Shown one piece after another: positions 51,965 through 58,900 of a stretch of 64,000 nt of DNA (position 1 is the first letter of the stretch; each line of letters begins with the position of its first letter). Made by a program: the position numbers and the translations under genes. The stretch is taken from IMG/VR virus record IMGVR_UViG_3300020146_000001, one strand, 5' to 3'. The notes beneath the pieces were generated by a model. That model saw only the letters and a list, made by a program, of their open reading frames with translations, did not search any database and was not told the origin of the DNA. The DNA is from a virus.

Positions 51965-52107
51965 ATTTAACGTCCGCCTGCGAGACACAGGGCTAAGGTT
52001 GAAAGCCTGTTTGCGCCCCCGAGTGAACGACGGCGGCTTGACCGTATGTTGACTGTCAACAACCTAGCTTCGTATTCGGCAAGTGCTACCCCAACGGACG
52101 AGCCCCA

Positions 52108-52449
52108 TCAGAACTGTAGCGGGGCTGGTTGCTGTGACTTTTCACCCCAGAAAACTATCGTTGCCGAGTCATTCTTTCGGCCGAGATAGCTTCTGTATTC
52201 CTCAACCGACTTCTTACCTTTTTGTGAATTGCATTTCCGGCAAGATGTCACAAGGTTTGAGTCCAAGTCATAGCCGCCTTTGATTCGCGGCTCCAAGTGG
52301 TCTAATGTAGGCAGCAATAGAATGCTTTGTTGGCCCACACACGTTCCATTCAGGATTATGGTTTCTTTAGCCAGACCAAGCCCGCAGTACCAGCAGGCAT
52401 AGCCGTCCCGCTCGTATATGCGTTTCCTCTTGGCCTGGCTAAAGATCAT
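52108..52449 (-). CDS. HNH endonuclease
   Basis: 113 aa. Contains CWYCG... and TLDHLEPRIKGGYDLDSNLVTSCRKCN. Confidence 0.8.
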   Translation of the reverse strand: MIFSQAKRKRIYERDGYACWYCGLGLAKETIILNGTCVGQQSILLLPTLDHLEPRIKGGYDLDSNLVTSCRKCNSQKGKKSVEEYRSYLGRKNDSATIVFWGEKSQQPAPLQF

Positions 52450-52458
52450 GTCAGTCCC

Positions 52459-52986
52459 TCAGAACGGAATATCGTCGTCAGACAAATCAGGTTCGGGCGA
52501 AGATTCCGGCGCGGAACCAGTCCCGTTGTTACCCACTCTCTCTTCTTCCCTCGTATACCCTTCGGGCTTGATGGCGTCCCCGAACTTTTGCGAGTGGGGC
52601 GTGATACCGTCAATGTTGGCGTATATCTTTCCGCCGGTGCCTTCGTTGTGAACGATGTTCAAGACGCACGGCACGCCTATAACCTTTTCGAGATCGAAGC
52701 CGGGAGGGGTGTTGACTTCCTCGTCAGTCAACGCCTTCCCCCGCCATTTACCGAGAAACTTTCTCAGCGTGGACTTCTCGTGCATGGACAGGTTGAACCA
52801 AGCCGTTATGGTGTGGCGATAACCGCGCGAGTTCTTCTCATCGAGTTGAAACACATACTTAACCTTGTGCTTTTCCCCGAACTGCGTGGCCTTCATTCCA
52901 TCGTCAACGAAGTCAACACACACGGCGGAATGAAACCCTGCGGTTGGTAACTCGTAAGTTGGCGCTGGTGGTGCGTAAGTTGGCAT
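52459..52986 (-). CDS. Phage single-strand DNA-binding-type protein with the canonical SSB C-terminal tip
   Basis: 175 aa ending in PEPDLSDDDIPF (E. coli SSB ends DDDIPF). Lies next to the NinB-like gene. Confidence 0.65.
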   Translation of the reverse strand: MPTYAPPAPTYELPTAGFHSAVCVDFVDDGMKATQFGEKHKVKYVFQLDEKNSRGYRHTITAWFNLSMHEKSTLRKFLGKWRGKALTDEEVNTPPGFDLEKVIGVPCVLNIVHNEGTGGKIYANIDGITPHSQKFGDAIKPEGYTREEERVGNNGTGSAPESSPEPDLSDDDIPF

Positions 52987-53025
52987 CTGCTTTTTCTCCT
53001 TCTAGTCTTTATCTGCGGTTAATGT

Positions 53026-53463
53026 TCAAGCTGCACGCTCGTAAAAAGCCTCCGGCGGCAGCACTACTATTCCGGCAAACTCGGCTAAGAATTTGGCGGC
53101 GGACTCCAAGTAATTATTGAATTCGGTTGTGTTCATATCGCGTGTGGTCGGCGGAACGTCTATCGCCTCGCCTGTGGATTTATTGGTAATTACTTTGCTG
53201 CCCAGCACGGCACATTTGAGGGCTATATGGGCCTGCTCTGCGGTGATAGAAGAATCCCCTTCTTCACGTCTTAACCATTCAAGCCATCCCGGAATGAATG
53301 CTGCCCAGTAGTAGGAGTTTTGATTCAGACTCCGGTTACGCTTTCGCCGCTTAATGCTGACTTCATATAAGCCCGAGAGCAGATTGATGTGTTGAATCAA
53401 CTGCCGCTTGGCATTGATATTTGACAGGTTCAACAACATGGGCGGCTCTTTCTCTTTGCTCAT
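53026..53463 (-). CDS. ninB: NinB/Orf-family recombination mediator
   Basis: 145 aa. RKRNRSLNQNSYYWAAF parallels lambda NinB ERNRSLDQNRKLWACL. The later part, TTRDMNTTEFNNYLE, parallels STSRMRVGEFAELLE. Confidence 0.65.
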   Translation of the reverse strand: MSKEKEPPMLLNLSNINAKRQLIQHINLLSGLYEVSIKRRKRNRSLNQNSYYWAAFIPGWLEWLRREEGDSSITAEQAHIALKCAVLGSKVITNKSTGEAIDVPPTTRDMNTTEFNNYLESAAKFLAEFAGIVVLPPEAFYERAA

Positions 53464-53536
53464 AATTAAAATCCTCCGTTTCTACCTACCCGGCGTCACA
53501 CCAGAAAATGAAATGATTTGAAGATACGCGCTTCGC

Positions 53537-53908
53537 TCACCCCGTCTTGTCGAGAGACGCGCCTTCGGCGTCTTTGGGGGTTGTGTGCTGCCCGTTCAAC
53601 CAATCCCGCAGCCTCGCTATGCCATTGGTCGTCAGGTAGAAGCTCAACGTGTCGTCGCGGGTGGTGATTGTCACGTCCGCCTCGCCGTCGCCGTCTATGA
53701 AGATGTCGAGCGCGCGCACGCCCCCGAAGACGTTCTCTTCCTCGTGGAAGTGGCCTTTAGGTGCTGGCGGGATTGAAGGGCAGGCCGCTTTAACGTCGTT
53801 GCGGACCTGCGTCAGTAGAGCCTGAAACTCGACGCAGTTCTCTAACGGGTGTCCGAGTTCGTCAGTGAAATTGTATTTCCGAAGTTCTGACATCATATCT
53901 GTTCTCAT
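53537..53908 (-). CDS. Hypothetical protein (123 aa)
   Basis: GGTGAGGTGAAGGATT RBS. Confidence 0.5.
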   Translation of the reverse strand: MRTDMMSELRKYNFTDELGHPLENCVEFQALLTQVRNDVKAACPSIPPAPKGHFHEEENVFGGVRALDIFIDGDGEADVTITTRDDTLSFYLTTNGIARLRDWLNGQHTTPKDAEGASLDKTG

Positions 53909-54055
53909 AATCCTTCACCTCACCTGACCGCCGAAGGCGGCTGTCTCAGAACTTTGAAAGCTTCAGTCCGGCGTCTAGCCCTTAATCGTCCCGTTCAGTT
54001 CCCGTGCTGGCGGGAGCGACTGAAACACCTTCCGCTGTGCCGCATCTAGTTGCTT

Positions 54056-54334
54056 TTAATAATCGTCGCCATAGTCGCCGGGATAGGCGTACTCGCCTTC
54101 TGCTGCACGCTCCCGCTCCCGGTCATTCTGCGGGCCGCATGACATACACATGAGGTCTCCGCTGCTCAACACGTAAGGCCCGGCGATAACGTCATCAGCG
54201 GTGCGGTCATCCCAATCAATGAACGTACGCCCGCAGTTCTCACAGTCCTTAGTCGAGAGCATCGCCCCGCAATATTCACAGCCGATTGACGGGTGTACTG
54301 ACTGCTCATCTTTGTGCCAAGCGCATGACTTCAT
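54056..54334 (-). CDS. Cys-rich Zn-ribbon protein (92 aa)
   Basis: Contains CEYCG...CENCG...CMSCG. Confidence 0.5.
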   Translation of the reverse strand: MKSCAWHKDEQSVHPSIGCEYCGAMLSTKDCENCGRTFIDWDDRTADDVIAGPYVLSSGDLMCMSCGPQNDRERERAAEGEYAYPGDYGDDY

Positions 54335-54396
54335 CTCATCCCCCCTCTTTGTGCCGTCCGCCGGCCCCCTTGCAGCCGGTATGCGGCTCTCATGTC

Positions 54397-54420
54397 ACTC
54401 ATTCACCGCAAAAGGTAGAA
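54397..54420. repeat. 24-nt element ACTCATTCACCGCAAAAGGTAGAA, copy 2
   Basis: 22 of 24 nt are identical to 47231-47254. It ends 2 nt before the stop codon of the MT-A70 gene. Confidence 0.6.
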
Positions 54421-54422
54421 CC

Positions 54423-55007
54423 TCATGCCGCCAGTTCAACGTCGCTCTCAACTTCATTCCCCCAAACGTGCCAGCCTTCGTGCCGTTGCCGCGCGAACAG
54501 TTCAACGCGGGGTAAATCACCGACGAGTTGAATGATGCGGTCGCGCGTCTCGGCGGGCTTGCGGCTATGCTCCTGCACTGGCGCATAAATAATCTGACGT
54601 ACGGCTGCCGATTGCCGCTCGACTCTTCCCTTGCCCGCCAGCAAACAGAACTCGGTGTTAGAGCGTGTCCAGTTGCCCATCCCGAAGAACTCTTCAAACG
54701 AGTCGGCGGGAAAGAAACCCAACTGGTCGACCGCCGCGTTCTTCTTAGTTTTCACCCAAACGAAAGCGACCGTCTTGTAGTCGAAGCCCCACGCCTTGAT
54801 AACTTCCATGCAGTCTTTTAACTTCGGCCAGATACCCCAAATGAATAGCAGGCAGTTCTCATCGGCAATCTTAGAAATTGGAAGGGCGCATATCTCTGCC
54901 GTTTTCATAGTCGAATAGTCGTCCGGCGTGGCATCGCTCCGAGTGTTCGGAAAGTTGTATTGCCACGGCGGGTCGGCGTATATGATTTTGTAGGGCTGAT
55001 TAACCAT
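54423..55007 (-). CDS. MT-A70-family N6-adenine DNA methyltransferase
   Basis: 194 aa. Contains IIYADPPWQY (the DPPW catalytic motif). Overall collinear with phage MT-A70 enzymes. Confidence 0.85.
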   Translation of the reverse strand: MVNQPYKIIYADPPWQYNFPNTRSDATPDDYSTMKTAEICALPISKIADENCLLFIWGIWPKLKDCMEVIKAWGFDYKTVAFVWVKTKKNAAVDQLGFFPADSFEEFFGMGNWTRSNTEFCLLAGKGRVERQSAAVRQIIYAPVQEHSRKPAETRDRIIQLVGDLPRVELFARQRHEGWHVWGNEVESDVELAA

Positions 55008-55145
55008 TCAATCTACAGCGTCCCGAAGGGCGCTCTCTCAAAAGTCAGAAAGTGTGCCCGTCTTCTCCCTTAAACCTTTTCCCTTCCGCCCGCCCCGTGC
55101 TACAGAATGCCGGGCTGTCGGATATGAGTAACCCCGGATAGCGTT

Positions 55146-55433
55146 TCATCGGCTGTTCCATATTTCGTGTAATCTCTTCTTCTGCTCATCAGTCCACGGG
55201 CGCTTCGCCGTGAACTCAACTCCTAACAGGGCCGCGATCATCTTCCGCACGGGTACGGGCTTGTGGCCGATGTGCCAGTTGACGCAGTAGTCGCACTTGT
55301 AGGGCCATAGGCTGTCGCCGGAAATCTGGTAAATGAAGTGGCATGTAAGGAGCGCGCGTACCGGGTCGCCGTGGTTCTGTTTTCCAAAGCATGAACTCGC
55401 ATAGTTAATCGCCTTCTCGTGCTTGGCACTCAT
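55146..55433 (-). CDS. Hypothetical Cys/His-containing protein (95 aa)
   Basis: Overlaps the upstream gene by 4 nt. Confidence 0.5.
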   Translation of the reverse strand: MSAKHEKAINYASSCFGKQNHGDPVRALLTCHFIYQISGDSLWPYKCDYCVNWHIGHKPVPVRKMIAALLGVEFTAKRPWTDEQKKRLHEIWNSR

Positions 55434-56125
55434 CGCTCGGCCTGATAATCAACCGCAGCCTTAATCAGCGTCGGAATCGAATCGTCTAAAAGTTTCTTCT
55501 CGCCCCGAGATATAAACGTCTTCACCGCGTCCACGATGTAAGACAGGGCTTCCAGTGGCTGCTCATCCTGCAAGCACACCTGCGCCGTCGTGTCGTCTAC
55601 CTGCGCGGAGGTAACGGGGTCGTCAACGAAGTATCGGCGGGCCTTGTCCAGGTGCCCACGGGCCTCTGCCGTGCGCCCCAGTCGGCACAGCACGACGGCG
55701 ATGTTGTTTTCGAGGTTCCCGGCGTATTGCAGATCGCCCGCCTCTTCCGCGTGGAACCTCGCCGCCTCGTACTCAATCAGCGCGCGGTCAAGGTGGTCAC
55801 TTCGAACGTCCGCCGACTCCTCGTAAGTAATGCCAAGCCCGTTGTGGAATCTGGCGCGGAGGATGTGAAAGTTGCAGAGCTGCGCCAAGGGGTAAATATC
55901 GGCGTGGATTCTTAAAGCCTCCCGGTAGTTCTTCGCGCCGCGCTCTATTGAGGCGAGCAACGTCTTGTGCGCGAATATCTGGTCAACGTCTTCGAGGGTG
56001 AGAAGCTCCCGCGAGACAATGGCGCGCGCCTCATCGAAGCGGCCCGCCTTCCGCTCGTCTTCCGCCAATCGGTAAGCGTCAGTCAGCGTAAATTCGGCTT
56101 CTTTTATGCTCGCCAATTTTTCCAT
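55430..56125 (-). CDS. All-helical TPR-like repeat protein
   Basis: About 231 aa from ATG 56125 (ORF track start GTG 56137). Repeated A..A/Y-type helical hairpins, e.g. GRFDEARAIVSREL, KNYREALRIHADIY, LGRTAEARGHLDKARRYF. Confidence 0.6.
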   Translation of the reverse strand: MEKLASIKEAEFTLTDAYRLAEDERKAGRFDEARAIVSRELLTLEDVDQIFAHKTLLASIERGAKNYREALRIHADIYPLAQLCNFHILRARFHNGLGITYEESADVRSDHLDRALIEYEAARFHAEEAGDLQYAGNLENNIAVVLCRLGRTAEARGHLDKARRYFVDDPVTSAQVDDTTAQVCLQDEQPLEALSYIVDAVKTFISRGEKKLLDDSIPTLIKAAVDYQAER

Positions 56126-56130
56126 AACAG

Positions 56131-56159
56131 TTGACACTCCACTCGCTTTACCAACTTAT
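56131..56159 (+). promoter_or_regulatory. Candidate promoter for the small exported-peptide gene
   Basis: Perfect TTGACA at 56131-56136. Only a weak -10 is present (ACTTAT 56154-56159, 17-nt spacer). Confidence 0.3.
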
Positions 56160-56173
56160 CCGGGGAGTCTCCC

Positions 56174-56344
56174 ATGAAACTTAAAGCCCTGCTCTTGGCC
56201 TTCTGCTTGACCGTTTCCACTTCCGCATACGCGGGCAACATCGAAACCAACGGCGTCACGTCTCAGGAAGCACCTGTGACCACATTAGACCCCGTGACCG
56301 ACGCCCTTCTGAGCATCGTTCAGTCCGTACTCGCGCTCTTCTAG
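56174..56344 (+). CDS. Exported small pre-peptide (56 aa)
   Basis: Below the track cutoff. GGGGAG (56162-56167) precedes the ATG at 56174. Product is MKLKALLLAFCLTVSTSAYA/GNIETNGVTSQEAPVTTLDPVTDALLSIVQSVLALF. The stop TAG shares a CTAG with the stop of 56341-56880. Confidence 0.45.
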   Translation: MKLKALLLAFCLTVSTSAYAGNIETNGVTSQEAPVTTLDPVTDALLSIVQSVLALF

Positions 56345-56880
56345 CCCACCTTCCGCTCGCGCATGATTGGTGCGCCCGGATACTCCGCGGCCCCGATCTG
56401 CGCGTCAACCATTATCGAAAGCTCGTGCGCGAGGGTCATTACGTTCAATAACTTCTGCTCGAAATCTCTCAACTCGCCCGGCGTCAAATCTTTCAAGTCT
56501 CTGCCCTTCAACTGATAGTTCGCGTCCGACGCACTTTTTAAGAGGAAGTTCAATTTGTGGATGGCGTCGCCCTCGTCCGGCACGTCGCCGCGAAGCTGTT
56601 GCAGGAAACTCAGCGGGTAGCGGGCCATTTCCAGGGCGGCCGAGACTTCCCCGCCCTCCCGCTGCTCTATTTCGAACAACTCGCGCACAAGCTCGCAGAG
56701 GACGTATAAGTGACTGCGCCGCCCCGAGCCGTACAGCCCGACCTCTTCCGTCATCTGGTAGGCCATCGAAAGGGCTTTGTTAGTGACGCGCGCCAGAATC
56801 TTTATCCTGTGCAGGTCAACCCCGTCGCGCTCCGCGAAAGCCCTGCGCGTGACCAGATTTCCTTTGTTCTCGACTTGCAT
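56341..56880 (-). CDS. Hypothetical protein (179 aa)
   Basis: Co-oriented early-operon ORF. Confidence 0.5.
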   Translation of the reverse strand: MQVENKGNLVTRRAFAERDGVDLHRIKILARVTNKALSMAYQMTEEVGLYGSGRRSHLYVLCELVRELFEIEQREGGEVSAALEMARYPLSFLQQLRGDVPDEGDAIHKLNFLLKSASDANYQLKGRDLKDLTPGELRDFEQKLLNVMTLAHELSIMVDAQIGAAEYPGAPIMRERKVG

Positions 56881-57061
56881 AATCTGAGGTTTCTTTATGC
56901 TTCGGCTGGTTAACTTTTCCTGTTACCTTCCCTCTTGCTGAATAAGCGGGGCTGACCAACGGCCCCATACGTCACCTGAAACCAAAGGGCTAGACGTTCT
57001 ATAGGGCGGGGCTGGCTTGCTGTGGTGGCTGACAGCCCCCGCCCGACAAAGTTCTTTGACA

Positions 57062-57205
57062 TCAATCGTCAAGCTCTGTGAATGGGTCACACTCATGCTC
57101 GGGCATGCAGTCATCACAGAACGTGCCGTTGCAGTCGTCGCAAAGTTCTGTTGGCCGCTCAACGTCGCAGTCATCGCAGATGTAAGTGAGAACTAAAGTA
57201 GCCAT
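57062..57205 (-). CDS. Small acidic Cys-rich protein (47 aa)
   Basis: Start at MATLVLTY, with AAGGGA upstream. Contains CDDCD...CDDCNGTFCDDC. Confidence 0.4.
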   Translation of the reverse strand: MATLVLTYICDDCDVERPTELCDDCNGTFCDDCMPEHECDPFTELDD

Positions 57206-57230
57206 TTGTTTTTCCCTTAAACTTCCTGTC

Positions 57231-57266
57231 AAAAAATAGGGGGCGAATTTTGCGAGAACCGCCCCC
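57231..57266 (-). terminator. Intrinsic terminator after 57311-57559
   Basis: On the minus strand, GGGGGCG (complement of plus-strand CGCCCCC at 57260-57266), a 14-nt loop, then CGCCCCC (complement of 57239-57245), followed by TATTTTTT. Confidence 0.6.
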
Positions 57267-57310
57267 TCAAGTGCCATACGGCACACAGGAGGAAACTTGG
57301 TGTTTGACAA

Positions 57311-57559
57311 TCAGGCGACAAGAGCCTCAACAGCGTCTTTCGCTTCTTTCAAGCTGAGGCCGGTAAGGTTCCGGCATAGCCTGATAGCGTCAATCTTTTG
57401 GCCGGCCTGAATCAGTAGCCTTGCTTCTGCTTGCCAGCCGTGTTTAAGAACAGCGTCCACGATGATTTTGGGGTGGCTCTTGGCAATTTCCAGAACGAGT
57501 TTGCGGAAGTCAGTATTAGAGTCGGTGATGATGCTGATTGCTTGTGCGTAGTAGTTCAT
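57311..57559 (-). CDS. Protein with a ribosomal L7/L12 C-terminal-domain-like segment
   Basis: 82 aa. GQKIDAIRLCRNLTGLSLKEAKDAVEAL parallels the L7/L12 sequence K(I/V)AVIKAVR..TGLGLKEAKDLVE. Confidence 0.55.
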   Translation of the reverse strand: MNYYAQAISIITDSNTDFRKLVLEIAKSHPKIIVDAVLKHGWQAEARLLIQAGQKIDAIRLCRNLTGLSLKEAKDAVEALVA

Positions 57560-57748
57560 GGCTTCCTTTCCGCTGGCTATTTGACAAAAGATTTAAGGGG
57601 CTGGCTGGTCATCCACTCGCTACCCATCCCTATTTCGGCGCCTACTCGTTGACACTTTCATGCGTCCTTTGGGCCAAAGCCTTGTCCGATGCGCCAGCCC
57701 CGATTGCAGTCAGGCAACAACCGCTCTGACCGCAAACCCTGAAAAGAA

Positions 57749-57994
57749 CTATTGCTGACCCGAGGCGTCAGACCACGCCCGCATTTCTGCCTGCTTCTCT
57801 TTGGCGGTCGGGCAAGTATTCAACGGCCCTTCGTGGTGCTTCGGACACTTCCGGCAGTAGAAGCAGAAGTCAGGGCCGAGCATGGTTCCGAAATAGCACT
57901 CGCAGGACGGCGGGCCTTTGACGCAGCCTGATTGGTCGTTCTCAGCACCGCAGCAATCGCATGTCCATGTTCTATTGCCGATTCTTGCGCTCAT
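57749..57994 (-). CDS. Cys-rich protein (81 aa from ATG 57994; ORF extends to TTG 58057)
   Basis: Contains CDCCG...CECY...CFYCRKC. Start uncertain, with no clear SD sequence. Confidence 0.4.
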   Translation of the reverse strand: MSARIGNRTWTCDCCGAENDQSGCVKGPPSCECYFGTMLGPDFCFYCRKCPKHHEGPLNTCPTAKEKQAEMRAWSDASGQQ

Positions 57995-58168
57995 GTTCGA
58001 CTCGTGTTGGCCGCGCTCTCGCGTCTCTCTGGTGTCTAAAATCAGTACCCGTTGCAAATTTCAGCGCGGGGGTGAAAATTTTTCGCCGCCGGGCAAGTAT
58101 ATTTGCGGGGGCGTAGTAAATGAGTTCAGGCGCGGGAGTTCTGGTCCGCGCGCCTGCTTAACTACAAA

Positions 58169-58381
58169 TCAACCTGTCGTTGCCTGCTCAAGTTTGGCGG
58201 GCACTTTTAAGCCGTGCTTCTTGAATAAATCCGGTAGCCCGAGCGCCACCGCTTCATCGGCAATCTCAGCCCTAGTGATACCGGTTTTCTTTACAAGTGT
58301 GTTGATAGCCTCTTCCGAGGATGGCCGTGGCCGAAATGGAAGAGGTTTGGTTGCGACGCCATATTTCGGTGGTCTCGCCAT
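58169..58381 (-). CDS. Cro-like ribbon-helix-helix DNA-binding protein (first gene of the leftward operon)
   Basis: 70 aa. The beta-strand KPLPFRPRP followed by two helices (SEEAINTLVKKTG, TRAEIADEAVALG) gives an RHH pattern. The ATG lies only ~10 nt downstream of the -10, so the mRNA is near leaderless. Confidence 0.55.
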   Translation of the reverse strand: MARPPKYGVATKPLPFRPRPSSEEAINTLVKKTGITRAEIADEAVALGLPDLFKKHGLKVPAKLEQATTG

Positions 58382-58384
58382 AAC

Positions 58385-58464
58385 GGTATACCGTATACAG
58401 CATACCGTATACCCGTGTCAAGGGCAAAATTTTAGGGGTGGACATAGATGCCTATTCCGTATAC
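58385..58464. promoter_or_regulatory. Operator cluster (left): three copies of CCGTATAC
   Basis: CCGTATAC occurs at 58391-58398, 58405-58412 and 58457-58464. The 12-mer TATACCGTATAC is at 58387-58398. The cluster lies between the divergent cro-like and repressor-like genes. Confidence 0.55.
58392..58421 (-). promoter_or_regulatory. Leftward early promoter
   Basis: On the minus strand, TTGACA (58421-58416) and TATACG (58397-58392, 18-nt spacer; GTATAC at 17). It overlaps the operator repeats. Confidence 0.5.
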
Positions 58465-58900
58465 AGTATCCGCCATGCCAGCGGACGGGAATCGCCAAAG
58501 AAACCAATTTCAATTCAAGCTGTCCCCCGAAGAGTTTAAGAGGTGGGACAAGGTAGTTAATGACGCGAAACTGCGGGTGAAAAAAGCGCAGATTGCCGCC
58601 ATGCAAAAAGGTGAATCTGTTGAAGAGATTTCTTTATCCGACATCAACAGGGCACTAGTCGGCATGGCGGAAGCGAAAAAAGGCATAGTCACCGAGCCTG
58701 AGCGTCAATACTTTTTAGGTCTAGCAAACGGCGATTATGGTTCCGATGATAACGGAGGAAAAGAATCTCCCCCAGACAATCCCGGCAACAAAGGAGGTCT
58801 TGCAGTATTTAGACCTACCAACAGCGGGCGGTCAGCGCCAGTTGTCAACGCGAGAACCGAGGGTGAAAAATCAAAGAAGGGAGAGCGCAAAAAGAAGTGA
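58448..58900 (+). CDS. Repressor-side ribbon-helix-helix-like protein with a disordered basic tail
   Basis: 150 aa. NQFQFKLSPEEFKRWDKVVNDAKL gives a beta-strand plus helix (RHH pattern). AGGGGTGGA RBS. Ends in KSKKGERKKK. Confidence 0.55.
   Translation: MPIPYTVSAMPADGNRQRNQFQFKLSPEEFKRWDKVVNDAKLRVKKAQIAAMQKGESVEEISLSDINRALVGMAEAKKGIVTEPERQYFLGLANGDYGSDDNGGKESPPDNPGNKGGLAVFRPTNSGRSAPVVNARTEGEKSKKGERKKK

Noticed and set aside
57227-57232. Minus-strand TTGACA just upstream of the 57062-57205 gene as a promoter
   Set aside because: The only -10 candidate at correct spacing (ACAAAT) overlaps the ATG itself, so the transcript would start inside the coding sequence. It is more likely part of the terminator-proximal T/A tract.
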